From: Myxococcota bacterium
GTDB taxonomy: Bacteria; Myxococcota_A; UBA9160; SZUA-336
Reading direction: 5' to 3'
Length of the DNA stretch: 64,000 nucleotides
Assembly (NCBI GenBank): GCA_965247115.1
Contig: CBDFGR010000003.1
Location: forward strand, 2,112,001-2,176,000
The notes under the pieces were generated by a model. That model did not search any database, was not told the DNA's origin, and was given only the letters and a program-made list of their open reading frames with translations. Positions 11,668 through 24,433 of this stretch are shown piece by piece; position 1 is the stretch's first letter; the number at the start of each line of letters is the position of its first letter. The position numbers and the translations under genes are program-made.

Positions 11668-12503
11668 TCACACAATGGAGTCGTCGTCTGGCTCTTCCGG
11701 GCTACTGGCGTGAGCGGGAGCCGCGAAGCGACAAAGGCGCAGTCCCGCGCCCGTGAACAGACCTGCAAGAACCAGCCAGCCCAGCGGGGTGTGGGCAGCG
11801 GCGGCCTCGTCGAAGCCCGGGATGCCGTAAGCCCCGTACGCGGCGCCGACCGCCACCAGGCCCCATGAGACGTGCAGCAACAGCGAGGGCAGCAATGAGC
11901 CGGAGGTGTAGCGAAGGATGCCGAGGACCAGTGCGTTCAGCGCCGTAGGTGCCAGGGCCCATGGGTTGAACACCGCGATGGAGATGGCGATCGCATTCAG
12001 GAGCGAGGTGAAGAGAATGCCCCTTCGGGCCCCGAGCGTCTCGATCATGAGCGGCTGGAGCGCCCCGCGGAACAGCAGCTCCTGGGTCACGGGGTAGACG
12101 AACACGGAGACGAGCAGGAGCGCGAGAAACGACGCCGGCGCGGGGCTGTCTGGCGCCCGCATTGCCTCCGGGACGGGAAGGACCAGCTTGACCAGGTTGT
12201 CGACCTCGCTCGTGAGCAGGAGCGCCCACACGAGCAGGAGTGCGGCGATCCACGCGATCCGCGGCGGGCGCAGGAGTGCGAGGCCGAGCGTGGGTGGCTG
12301 AGCGATGCGGGGGATGCAGAGCGCGAAGGCGCCCCCGTAGGCCAGCAGTGCGGCCATGCCTACGAGCCCGATCCCGAAGGGGAAGCCCAGCGCAGCCAGG
12401 AACAGGATCGCGGTGCCGTGGAACAACCCGGTGAGGACTGCGATCGCCAGACCGAAGCGTGGCTGCAAGGGTGGCGTGAGCTCGGAGCCGCTTTCCTCGT
12501 CGC

Positions 12504-12507
<4 letters not shown>
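11668..12507 (-). CDS. CPBP/Abi family intramembrane protease-like protein
   Basis: Multi-TM with [10 protein letters not shown] and SLLPSLLLH (first catalytic E replaced by Q). ATG overlaps the uvrA stop (ATGA). Confidence 0.75.
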
Positions 12508-15335
<2,828 letters not shown>

Positions 15336-15360
15336 CCCCTCACTCCTCCCTGCGGTCCTG

Positions 15361-16341
15361 CTAGCGGACCTCGCCTCCCCGCGACGTTGGAGAGTTCGCG
15401 AGGTCACGCGCCAATGCTAGCGCTTCGAGCATCGATGCGGGATTGGCGCAGCCCCTCCCGGCGATGTCGAACGCGGTGCCGTGGTCGACGCTGGTACGGA
15501 TGAGGGGTAGGCCCAGCGTTACGTTCACCGCCTTCCCGAAGGCGTGGACCTTCATCGGGGCGAGAGCCTGATCGTGGTACATGCCCAGCACGGCATCGAA
15601 CTCGCCGCTGGCCGCGCGATAGAAGAGACTGTCGGCGGCATATGGGCCGCTGGCATCGATCCCGCTGGCGCGGGTGAGCGCGACCGCGGGAGCGATGATG
15701 GTCTTCTCCTCGTCGCCGAAGCGCCCCCCTTCTCCGGCGTGGGGATTGAGTCCGCAGACAGCGATGCGTGGCGCGTGGAGGCCGAAGCGCTCCGACAGGT
15801 CGCGGTGCATCACCCGGAGCACCTCCGCAATGCCTTCGCGGGTCAGCATGTCGGGCACGTCTCTGAGCGCGCAATGAACCGTGGCGAGGCCGACCCGCAG
15901 CGAGCCCCCGACGAGCAGCATCACCGCGCGGCCGCCGCCGCGACCGAGCATCTCGGCGGTGGCCTGCTGGAGCAGCTCGGTGTGACCCGGGTAGGGAAAG
16001 CCGGCGTCTCCAATGACCTGCTTGGAGATCGGCCCCGTAACCATCGCGTCCAGCTCGCCCGAGAGGCAGTCGCGCGCGGCGAGCCGGATCGCCTCGATCA
16101 CGCCCGAGGCCGTTCGAGAATCGGGACTGCCGGGGGTCGCGGGCGCCGAGGCGGTGTCCACCAACTCGACCTCGTCGGGCACGCCCCCCGCGCGCTCGAC
16201 CGCGCCGATGTCTCCGTACACCCGGAAGCTACCTCTGGCAGGGCTCAGGCTGCGCAGGGCCGCAGAGACGACCTCGGGTCCGATGCCTGAGGGGTCGCCG
16301 ACGGTGACGCCGAGGCGCGACACCTCACCAGTCTCGCTCAC
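15361..16341 (-). CDS. pdxA: 4-hydroxythreonine-4-phosphate dehydrogenase
   Basis: [44 protein letters not shown] coupled to the surA stop. Confidence 0.96.
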   Translation of the reverse strand: MSETGEVSRLGVTVGDPSGIGPEVVSAALRSLSPARGSFRVYGDIGAVERAGGVPDEVELVDTASAPATPGSPDSRTASGVIEAIRLAARDCLSGELDAMVTGPISKQVIGDAGFPYPGHTELLQQATAEMLGRGGGRAVMLLVGGSLRVGLATVHCALRDVPDMLTREGIAEVLRVMHRDLSERFGLHAPRIAVCGLNPHAGEGGRFGDEEKTIIAPAVALTRASGIDASGPYAADSLFYRAASGEFDAVLGMYHDQALAPMKVHAFGKAVNVTLGLPLIRTSVDHGTAFDIAGRGCANPASMLEALALARDLANSPTSRGGEVR

Positions 16342-17372
16342 GGCGCTTCCACGATCTCGATGTACTGGGTCTCGCGCAGCTCCACCAGCCACTTCTCGAG
16401 CTCAGGCCCCGACTTCATGTCCTGCAGCTCGAAGCGCAGCTGCTCTTGCACATCTTCCAGCCGGATGGTGGACGGGTCGAAGCGGTCGATGAGCTGGAAC
16501 AGGTTGAGGCCGTACGCGGTCTCCACGATGGGGCTGATCTCGCCAGGACCCAGCTGCGCGAGCGCTGATTCGATCGCCGGGGGAGCCTCCCCCGGGCGAA
16601 ACGCGGTGAGTCCCCCGTTGGACGCGGTGGGAGCCGCGGAGTAGCGCCGTGCGAGCGACGCGAAGTCGCTGCTCTCGATGGCCTGCTCGCGCACCCCCTT
16701 GGCTGCCTGTATGAGTTGAGTACGTATCTCCGGAGTTGCATCCGGGGGCCACGGCAGCAGGATGTGGAGCACCCGCAGACGCTCCCCTGGGGAGACGTTT
16801 CCGTAGCGCTTCCGGAACAGCAGCTCTATTTCCTCGTCGCTCACGCTGACGCGGCTCTGCACCGAGCCCTGGACCACTCGCATCTTCGTCATCTGCTGTC
16901 CGAGCTGGGTGCGGTAGGCTTCGCGACTGATGCCCTGGGCCTGCACCGCTGCATAGACATCCTCGACGCTGACGCCCTCGTCGCTCGCGATCCCTTCAAT
17001 GGCCTGATCGATCTCGGGATCAGAGGCATTCATATCGTTGCGCTCGGCGATCTTCAGAATCAGCCTGTCGTCGATCAGCGAGCTCAGCGCCTGCTGCCGT
17101 GCCTCCCGTGCCATTTGCGGGGTCACGGAGCCCTGCTGTGCCTGCAACTGTGCGAGCATCTGGGCTGCCGTGCTACTCACTTCCGAGCGGAGGATCACGT
17201 CCTCGCCCACGATCGCTGCGATCCCGTCGACTTCGTCCGCGCCTGCGTGACCGGACACGACCAGCCACGCCATCATCACGAGACGGAGCCGCGTCCTCTT
17301 CGCGGTCCCCCGCGTCCTCTTCGCGGTCCCCCGCGTCCTCTTCGCGCTTCCTTGCGGATCCTCGCGCCTCAT
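16338..17372 (-). CDS. surA: SurA-like chaperone / parvulin PPIase
   Basis: VDGIAAIVGEDVIL N-domain, HILL...FASLARRYS...GG parvulin domain; upstream of pdxA. Confidence 0.85.
   Translation of the reverse strand: MRREDPQGSAKRTRGTAKRTRGTAKRTRLRLVMMAWLVVSGHAGADEVDGIAAIVGEDVILRSEVSSTAAQMLAQLQAQQGSVTPQMAREARQQALSSLIDDRLILKIAERNDMNASDPEIDQAIEGIASDEGVSVEDVYAAVQAQGISREAYRTQLGQQMTKMRVVQGSVQSRVSVSDEEIELLFRKRYGNVSPGERLRVLHILLPWPPDATPEIRTQLIQAAKGVREQAIESSDFASLARRYSAAPTASNGGLTAFRPGEAPPAIESALAQLGPGEISPIVETAYGLNLFQLIDRFDPSTIRLEDVQEQLRFELQDMKSGPELEKWLVELRETQYIEIVEAP
17289..17346. repeat. 21-bp tandem repeat (about 2.8 units) at the surA 5' end
   Basis: CCGCGTCCTCTTCGCGGTCCC repeated; encodes AKRTRGT-AKRTRGT-AKRTR. 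Confidence 0.9.
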
Positions 17373-18247
17373 CGAAGTTCCTCCAGCAAGGGCTCGTTCA
17401 GCTTGATCTCCGCCTCGCGTCTCAACCCGCGCAGCCAGTCCCGCCGCAGCTCCTCCAGCCGGCGCTGCTGCAGCTCCAGAGTGATGTCCTCGCGGAGCTC
17501 GCTGAGCTCCGGCTCGTGCTGCGGGATCTTGGACTCGAGCTTGAAGATATGAAAACCATACGGCGACTCGATCACCTGTGACAGCTCCCGTGAGCTCAGG
17601 CTGAACGCCCTATTAAACACCTCGGGGAGCTCGCCGCGAGCGAAGGGTGGCAGCAGCCCACCAGCTCCGGCCTCGGGAGCCACGCTGTGGTCTGCTGCAA
17701 GCGCCGGAAAGTCCGCGCCGTCGACCAGCTCGGCGCGCAGATTCCGGGCTTGCGACTCGTTGTCCACGACGATCTGCCTGATCTGGACCTGTTCGGGTCT
17801 TCGATACAGGTGCCTGTGCTCCTCGAAGTGGCGCAGGAGTGCGTCGTCCGGAAGGCTCAAGAGCCCGGCCAGATCCAGCAGGGCCGCCCGTTCCTGGATC
17901 ATCTGCCGTCGCACCTCCTCGAAGTAGCCGGGATCGGAGCCGTTGAAGTCGGCGCCGTGGATCCCGGTGATGCGCCGCCGCACCTCCGCGTCGTGGATTT
18001 TGACCCCCAGTGAGTCCGCTCGATTCAGCACGACCTGCTCGGAGACCAGCCTGTAGAGCTCTTCGTCGAGGACCTGCTCGCGCCGCAGCTCCGGGTAGTC
18101 CTCGAGCCGCTCGGTCACCGAGCGCTCCAGCTCACCGAAGAGAATCCGTGTGCCGTCGACCTGGGCCACCCAGCGCCCCTCGATGCCTCCCCCGCACGCG
18201 ATGGCTGCCAGCGCCAGGAGAGGCGCCAGAAACGGCCTTCGTGTCAT
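17369..18247 (-). CDS. PpiC-type peptidyl-prolyl isomerase lipoprotein
   Basis: LALAAIAC lipobox-like signal, QIRQIVV, DFPALAADHS, VIESPYGFHIFK. Confidence 0.85.
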   Translation of the reverse strand: MTRRPFLAPLLALAAIACGGGIEGRWVAQVDGTRILFGELERSVTERLEDYPELRREQVLDEELYRLVSEQVVLNRADSLGVKIHDAEVRRRITGIHGADFNGSDPGYFEEVRRQMIQERAALLDLAGLLSLPDDALLRHFEEHRHLYRRPEQVQIRQIVVDNESQARNLRAELVDGADFPALAADHSVAPEAGAGGLLPPFARGELPEVFNRAFSLSSRELSQVIESPYGFHIFKLESKIPQHEPELSELREDITLELQQRRLEELRRDWLRGLRREAEIKLNEPLLEELR

Positions 18248-21200
18248 CGTATTGCCCTCTCCGGGGGCGGCGGGCTCTGGATCGCGGTCTCGGTGGCCTC
18301 GGGCGCCAGCAGATCGAGCAGGCCGAAGCCCTCTGCGAGAGCGTCCTCATTGCGCCGCAGCTTGAGGTAGATGCGGTGATCCGGGCTGACGCGGACCTGA
18401 GCGTCGGGCTGCTGCAGCAGCCTGGCCAGCACGGCCGGATCGATCCTCGGACTCTCGCCGACCTTGAGCACGAGCTCGCCTTCGGACACGTCCATGGTCT
18501 CGATACCGGCCTGGCGGCAGCGGATCTTGAGACGGATCACGTCGATCAGGTTTGCGCCCTCGACCGGGATCGCGCCGAAGCGGTCGAGCAGGTCGTCGCG
18601 GATCGCGAGCACCTCGGCGTTGTCGCGCGCCGAGGAGAGCTGCTTGTAGAGCACGAGCCGGTGGTTCGGATCCCCGACGTAGCTCTCCGGAAGCAACGCC
18701 GGGACTGGCAAGCGGAGCTCTGGCTCGACGTCCTGCTCGGAACGCTCCCCGCTCAGCTTCTGTACCGTTTCCTCCAGCATCTCCATGTAGAGGTCATAGC
18801 CGACGGATCCAATGTTGCCGGACTGCTCGGCCCCGAGCAGGTTCCCCGCGCCGCGAATCTCGAGGTCCTCGCTGGCCAGCCGAAACCCGGCACCCAGCTC
18901 TGACAGGTCCTGGATCGCCTCCAGGCGGCGTCGAGCCTCGCTCGAGAGCTGCCCTGTCGCGGGCAGGAACAGGTAGGCGTGGGCGCGGCGGTCACTGCGG
19001 CCGACCCGCCCGCGTAGCTGGTAGAGCTGCGCCAGGCCGAGGCGGTCGGCGCGGTCGATCAGGATGGTGTTCGCGTTGGGGATGTCCAGCCCGGACTCGA
19101 TGATCGTGGTGCATAGCAGTACGTCGGACTCGCGCTTCATGAAGGCGAGCATCACGCTCTCGAGCTGCCGGCTCGGCATCTGTCCGTGCGCGAGTGCGAT
19201 CCTGGCGGTCGGCAGCACGCGCTGCAGGTAGGCGCCGTACTCGTGGATCGTCTCCACCCGGTTGTGCACGAAGAAGACCTGGCCGCCGCGACGCATCTCG
19301 CGGTCGACGGCCTCGCGGATGATCTCGTCGCTCGCGCGGCAGACCTGTGTGCGGACCGCGGTCCGATCGGGAGGAGGGGTGGTGATCAGGGACAGATCCC
19401 GCATTCCCGAGAACGCCAGCTGCAGCGTGCGCGGGATGGGCGTGGCCGAGAGCGTCAGCACGTCGACGAGCTTGCGCAGCTGCTTCAGCCGCTCCTTGTG
19501 GGCGACTCCAAAGCGGTGCTCCTCGTCGACGATCACGAGCCCGAGGCTGCGGAAGTCGACGTCCTTCGAGAGCAGGCGGTGCGTGCCGACTGCGATGTCG
19601 ATGCGCCCCGACGAGAGTCCCTCGCGCACTTGCTTCACTTCCTTGGGGTTGGAGAGGCGTGAGAGAGACGCCACCGTGACCGCCGTGTTTGCAAAGCGCT
19701 GTGTCAGCGTCTCCAGGTGCTGCTGGCAAAGCACCGTGGTCGGCACCAGGAACGCGACCTGGCGCCCTGCAGTCGTCACTCGGTAGGCAGCGCGGCAGGC
19801 GATCTCCGTCTTGCCGAAACCAACGTCTCCGCACACCAGGCGGTCCATCGGCTGCTCCCGTTGCAAGTCGTCGAGCGCGTCCTGGGTGGCGCGACTCTGG
19901 TCGGGCGTGTCCTCGTACGGAAAGCTGGCCTCGAACTCGTCGTAGTCCGCGTCTCGACCGGGGTAGGAGTGGCCCTTGAGCACCTGGCGTGCGGCGTTCA
20001 CGGCGAGAATCTCCTCGGCCATGTCGCGCACTGCCCGGCGCACGCGCGCCTTGGTCCGGGTCCAGGTCTGGCCGCCCAGGCGATCCAGGTTCGGTGTCTT
20101 CGCCTCGGCGGTGCTGTAGCGCTGGATCTGACCGAGCCGGGAGACGGGGATGTAGAGCTTGTCTCCCGCGTGGTAGCGGAGCAGCAACAGCTCCTGCTGG
20201 ACTCCGCCCGCGATCAGCTGGACGAGCCCACCGTAGCTTCCGATCCCGTGCTCCGCGTGCACCAGGTAATCGCCCTCCTGGATCTGCGCCAGCCGTTCGA
20301 CCGCCTGTCCCCGGCGCGTGGCGCGCAGTGCACGGCGTTGGAGCCGCGCGCCGAAGATGTCCTGCTCTGTCAGCACGACGAGGTCTTCGCTCGGCAGCTC
20401 AAAGCCGCCGTCGAGCGCCGCCACCGCGACGTCGATTACGCCGCGCTCAGGGAGCGCGGCCCAGGCCTGCCGCCCCTCTCCGCGCGAGCGCCGGATTTCG
20501 AGCTCCTGATCGTAGTCGGACAGGATCTCCACCAGCCGCTCGGCAGCGGAGAGGGATGGGCAGGTGATGCGAACGCGTTGCTCGCGTCGGGTCCAGTCCC
20601 CGAGCCGCTCTGCGAGTGGGGCGAGCGCGCGGCCGGAGCCCAGCCGCTGCTGGATCTCCCGTCGGAGCTCGCGGTGGTCGCCGAACCCGAGATCGATGCG
20701 CTCCTCGTCCGAGACGGGGTCGAGCAGGCCGAGGGAATCGAGCAGGACCGGGCGCCGCGCCACCAACGCATCCCAGGCGCTGTCATCGGTTGTGTAGAGC
20801 TCGACGGGATCGTTGACCGGGCGCTCCTGCTGTACGGCTCGCGCGTGGGCGTCGAAGATCGTCTCGGTGTAGCGCGCGCCGGTCTCGCGAGCCGTCTCGG
20901 GATCGTCCACGATCACCAGCGTCTCTTCCGGCAGGTAGTCGAAGAGGGTCTCCATGCGCTCGTGGAGCAGCGCCTCGAGGTTCTCGATGCCCGGTGGGAG
21001 GTGGCGTCGCGCGAGCGACTCGGTGAGGGCGTAGATGTTGGATTCCGGCACGTTCTGCTTGCGGCCGAGCTGGCGCACACCCTGCAGCAGGCCGTCCAGG
21101 TCGTGGGGTAACCGGTAGGCCCTTGGAGGAATGGCCACGATCGAGTCGCGCTCGTGATCGGAGCGCTGGGTCTCGGGATCGAAGTCGCGGATCGACCCCA

Positions 21201-21855
21201 GCTCATCAAAGTCGAACTCGAGCCGGACTGGCCGGTCGAGCTGCGGTGGGAAGAGGTCGAGGATGCTGCCGCGGGAGGCGACCTCCCCGCGCTCCTCGAC
21301 CAGCGCAGTCCGCTGATAGCCCGCGGAGGTCAGTACGCCAAGCAGCGCATCGCGGTCCATGGGAAGGCCGCGTTCGAGGTGGGTCACGCGGCTGCGCAGC
21401 TCTGCGCGCGGCGGCACGCGGCGGACGAGCGCCTTCCACGGCGCCACCACTGTGAGCGGGGTCGTCTTCTCGGCGGCGAGCAGCGCGTAGAGCAGGCTCA
21501 TCCTCCTGCTCTCGAGCTGGGGGTGCGGCGAGAAGCGATCATAGGGCGGGGTGTCGTAGCGAGGCAGGATGCGGATGTCGGCCGGCGGCTCGGCTGCGCC
21601 ACCGGGCGCAGGAGGCGCGGGAGGCGCGGGAGGCGCGAAGATTGCGAGATCGGCCGCAAAGGTCGCGGCCTGTCGCGAGCCGGGCGTGATCACCAGGATC
21701 GGGCCAGGATGCTCGGCCCGCAGCCGGGAGACGAGGAAGGCTGCCCCCCGTTTCACGCTCAGAAGGCGCATGGTGCGTTCGCGCGAGAGGGCCCTATCGA
21801 CGAGCTCTGCCAGCCGCACCGGACTTTCCGCGCCTCCGGACGCACCAAGACCCAC
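18244..21855 (-). CDS. mfd: Transcription-repair coupling factor
   Basis: UvrB-like N-terminus, CarD-like VHAEHGIG, MDRLVCGDVGFGKTE, DEEHRFG, SATPIPRT, QLRGRVGR, TRCF domain. Confidence 0.97.
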   Translation of the reverse strand: MGLGASGGAESPVRLAELVDRALSRERTMRLLSVKRGAAFLVSRLRAEHPGPILVITPGSRQAATFAADLAIFAPPAPPAPPAPGGAAEPPADIRILPRYDTPPYDRFSPHPQLESRRMSLLYALLAAEKTTPLTVVAPWKALVRRVPPRAELRSRVTHLERGLPMDRDALLGVLTSAGYQRTALVEERGEVASRGSILDLFPPQLDRPVRLEFDFDELGSIRDFDPETQRSDHERDSIVAIPPRAYRLPHDLDGLLQGVRQLGRKQNVPESNIYALTESLARRHLPPGIENLEALLHERMETLFDYLPEETLVIVDDPETARETGARYTETIFDAHARAVQQERPVNDPVELYTTDDSAWDALVARRPVLLDSLGLLDPVSDEERIDLGFGDHRELRREIQQRLGSGRALAPLAERLGDWTRREQRVRITCPSLSAAERLVEILSDYDQELEIRRSRGEGRQAWAALPERGVIDVAVAALDGGFELPSEDLVVLTEQDIFGARLQRRALRATRRGQAVERLAQIQEGDYLVHAEHGIGSYGGLVQLIAGGVQQELLLLRYHAGDKLYIPVSRLGQIQRYSTAEAKTPNLDRLGGQTWTRTKARVRRAVRDMAEEILAVNAARQVLKGHSYPGRDADYDEFEASFPYEDTPDQSRATQDALDDLQREQPMDRLVCGDVGFGKTEIACRAAYRVTTAGRQVAFLVPTTVLCQQHLETLTQRFANTAVTVASLSRLSNPKEVKQVREGLSSGRIDIAVGTHRLLSKDVDFRSLGLVIVDEEHRFGVAHKERLKQLRKLVDVLTLSATPIPRTLQLAFSGMRDLSLITTPPPDRTAVRTQVCRASDEIIREAVDREMRRGGQVFFVHNRVETIHEYGAYLQRVLPTARIALAHGQMPSRQLESVMLAFMKRESDVLLCTTIIESGLDIPNANTILIDRADRLGLAQLYQLRGRVGRSDRRAHAYLFLPATGQLSSEARRRLEAIQDLSELGAGFRLASEDLEIRGAGNLLGAEQSGNIGSVGYDLYMEMLEETVQKLSGERSEQDVEPELRLPVPALLPESYVGDPNHRLVLYKQLSSARDNAEVLAIRDDLLDRFGAIPVEGANLIDVIRLKIRCRQAGIETMDVSEGELVLKVGESPRIDPAVLARLLQQPDAQVRVSPDHRIYLKLRRNEDALAEGFGLLDLLAPEATETAIQSPPPPERAIR

Positions 21856-21894
21856 CCTTCCGCCGAGGAAGGGGGGTCGAGTTTGACGAAGCGC

Positions 21895-21950
21895 GAGAGT
21901 ATAGCGGGGCCGCGCTGTCGCGCTCAGGGACGGGCACCGCTATAATGCCG
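21895..21950. promoter_or_regulatory. Divergent -10 elements for mfd and rplC
   Basis: TATAAT at 21941-21946 (+) and TATACT on the minus strand at 21898-21903. Confidence 0.6.
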
Positions 21951-22014
21951 CGCCCTCGGGCCGGCCCGCCGTTTCCGGGCCCCTTCGAATCCTGCCATCG
22001 GAGCCTGACGCCTC

Positions 22015-22656
22015 ATGAGTCTGGAGATCCTCGGCCGCAAGCTTGGCATGACCCAGGTCTTCCGCGAGAGCGGCGACCGGGTGCCCGTTACGGTGCTCCG
22101 CGCGGGACCCTGCACAGTGGTGCAGAAGAAGACCGCGGAGAGTGACGGCTACTCGGCCGTTCAGCTCGGCTTCGAGGAGCGCAAAGAGAAGCACACCAGC
22201 AAGCCGCAGATGGGCCACTTCTCGAAGAGCGGCGGCTCGCCCAAGCGGTTCCTCTACGAGGTCAGGCTATCGGAGCAGGATCTTGCGGAGCTCGAGCTCG
22301 GCCAGGAGATCACCTGCGCGGAGAGCTTCGAGGCGGGCCAGAAGGTCGACGTGCGCGGCGTCAGCAAGGGGCGCGGCTTTGCCGGGGTAGTGAAGCGTCA
22401 CCACTACAGCATGCACAGCTCCACTCACGGGACGCACGAGTTCTTCCGTCACGGGGGCGCGATGTCTGCGGGCACCTATCCCGGCCGCATCCTGCCAGGA
22501 AAGAAGATGGCGGGGCATCTGGGCGACGCGCGTGTCACCCAGCTCGGGCTACGGATCGAGCGAATCGACGCCGAGCGAAACCTGGTCTTCGTCACCGGCG
22601 CGGTTCCCGGGCATAAGAACGGGCTGGTGCGAATCCGCGCGTCCATCAAGAAATAG
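22015..22656 (+). CDS. rplC: 50S ribosomal protein L3 (outside the S10 operon)
   Basis: ILGRKLGMTQVF, PVTVL, DGYSAVQLG, SKGRGFAGVVKRH, GKKMAGHLG, GAVPG. Confidence 0.95.
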   Translation: MSLEILGRKLGMTQVFRESGDRVPVTVLRAGPCTVVQKKTAESDGYSAVQLGFEERKEKHTSKPQMGHFSKSGGSPKRFLYEVRLSEQDLAELELGQEITCAESFEAGQKVDVRGVSKGRGFAGVVKRHHYSMHSSTHGTHEFFRHGGAMSAGTYPGRILPGKKMAGHLGDARVTQLGLRIERIDAERNLVFVTGAVPGHKNGLVRIRASIKK

Positions 22657-22665
22657 GGGAGCGCG

Positions 22666-23304
22666 ACGCCCCGCTACGAGCCCCGCGACGTCTTCTACCG
22701 GCGCGCAAAGGAGGAGGGCTACCGCTCCCGAGCTGCCTACAAGCTCCAGAGCTTGCTGCGCAGCATGCCCGCACTGCCCCCGGGCGCGGCGGTCGTCGAT
22801 CTCGGCTGCGCCCCCGGAGCATGGCTGCAGGTGCTCGCGGAGCGCCTCGGTCCCTCTGCCCGCATCGTCGGCGTGGACATCGAGCCCGTTTCCGAGCTCG
22901 GCGCCCGCGTCACGCTGGTACAGCTCGACATGACCGACCCCGCCACGCCGACCCGAATTCGGGAGGCCCTCGGTAGACAGGCTGACGCGGTGCTCTGCGA
23001 CGCGGCTCCGAAGCTCAGCGGGATCTCCGATGTCGATCGCTGCGCTGCGGACGAGCTCGCTCAGGCGGCGTTCCGGATCGCTGGCGAGCTGCTCGCGGCC
23101 CGCGGCAGCCTGATCGTGAAGGGCTTTCCGGGTCCCGAGGCCGACCGCTTTCGCGAGCAGCTGCGCGCGCGCTTCGAGCGGGTCCGCGAGCTCCGCCCGG
23201 AGGGCAAGCGAGCGACGTCGAAAGAGTTCTACTGGCTGGCCAGCTCGGAGGAGCCTAAGCGGCGCGACCGGCGTCGGCGTAATCGCCAAGGAAATCCTTC
23301 TTGA
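22666..23304 (+). CDS. rlmE: 23S rRNA Um2552 methyltransferase RlmE/FtsJ; no canonical start codon
   Basis: DVFYRRAKEEGYRSRAAYKL, VDLGCAPGAWLQ, CDAAP, ATSKEFY. The conserved N-terminus begins at ACG (22666) after GGGGAG. Confidence 0.85.
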   Translation, partial: TPRYEPRDVFYRRAKEEGYRSRAAYKLQSLLRSMPALPPGAAVVDLGCAPGAWLQVLAERLGPSARIVGVDIEPVSELGARVTLVQLDMTDPATPTRIREALGRQADAVLCDAAPKLSGISDVDRCAADELAQAAFRIAGELLAARGSLIVKGFPGPEADRFREQLRARFERVRELRPEGKRATSKEFYWLASSEEPKRRDRRRRNRQGNPS

Positions 23305-24373
23305 ACGCGCCAAAGCGCTGCTCGAGGATCGCCTCTCGCATGGAGGACATCAGGCGCTGGTAGAAGCTCACGTTGTGGAGCGCGCCAAGGATCGTGGCGA
23401 GGATCTCGTTGGCCGCGTACAGATGGTGCAGGTACGCGCGCGTAAAGGTCCGGCACGTGTAGCAGTCGCAGGACGTGTCCACCGGATACCCATCGCGCCG
23501 GTAGCGCCGCTTTCGGATCCGGATGCGGCCGCGGCGCGTGAACAGCGTGGCCGAGCGCGCGTACCGCGTCGGGATCACGCAGTCGAACATGTCCATGCCA
23601 CGCTCCACGGCTTCTAGGAGATCTTCCGGGAGTCCCACACCCATCAGGTAGCGGGGCTTGGCCTGCGGGAGGTGCGGCTCCGTGAGCGAGACGATGCGCT
23701 TGAGCTCCTCCAGGCCCTCGCCAACGGAGACACCGCCGATCGCATAGCCCGGCAGGTCGAGCTTCGCGAGCTGCAGCGCGCAGTGACGCCGCAGCTCGGG
23801 ATAGGTGGAGCCCTGTACGATCGCGAACAGTGCCTGGTCGCTGCCCTGGTGGGCGGCCAGACAGCGCTCTGCCCAACGCAACGTGTTCTCCACGCCGCGC
23901 CGGGCGAGCTCCTGCGTCGCCGGATAGGGAGTGCACTCGTCGAACGTCATGATGATGTCCGCACCGAGCGCATGCTGGCTCTCGATCGCGAGCTCGGGTG
24001 TGAGCAGCATCGGCTCGCCATCGACCTCGCTGCGAAAGCGCACGCCGTCGGGCCCGATCTCTGCCTTCGGGAGGCTGAAGACCTGGAAGCCGCCCGAATC
24101 GGTCAACAGAGGTCCGTCCCAGGCCATGAACGCGTGCAGGCCACCCGCCTTTTCGATCAGCTGTGTGCCTGGACGCAGGGTCAGGTGGTAGGTGTTCGCG
24201 AGCACGATCCGCGCCCCGGTCTCCTCGAGCTGCCGGGGGGTCAGGCCCCGGACCGCCGCCTGAGTTCCCACCGGCATGAACACCGGGGTCTCGACGGAAC
24301 CTCGCTCAGTCTCGAGGCGGCCGGCACGCGCACGACTGCCGCCGTCCGACGCCTCGAGCTCGAAGCGGATCAC
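23255..24373 (-). CDS. tgt: tRNA-guanine(34) transglycosylase
   Basis: TPVFMPVGT, LANTYHL, TDSGGFQVFSL, FDEC, DMFDCVIPTR, CDCYTC. Confidence 0.97.
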   Translation of the reverse strand: MIRFELEASDGGSRARAGRLETERGSVETPVFMPVGTQAAVRGLTPRQLEETGARIVLANTYHLTLRPGTQLIEKAGGLHAFMAWDGPLLTDSGGFQVFSLPKAEIGPDGVRFRSEVDGEPMLLTPELAIESQHALGADIIMTFDECTPYPATQELARRGVENTLRWAERCLAAHQGSDQALFAIVQGSTYPELRRHCALQLAKLDLPGYAIGGVSVGEGLEELKRIVSLTEPHLPQAKPRYLMGVGLPEDLLEAVERGMDMFDCVIPTRYARSATLFTRRGRIRIRKRRYRRDGYPVDTSCDCYTCRTFTRAYLHHLYAANEILATILGALHNVSFYQRLMSSMREAILEQRFGAFKKDFLGDYADAGRAA

Positions 24374-24433
24374 CCCGACGCCTCGATCCCGAGGCGGATC
24401 ACCGCTAACGCCTCGATCCCGAGGCGGATCACC
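24365..24433. repeat. Tandem duplication (29-30 bp units) of the tgt start region
   Basis: GCGGATCACC occurs three times, with ACGCCTCGATCCCGAG twice in between. Confidence 0.9.
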
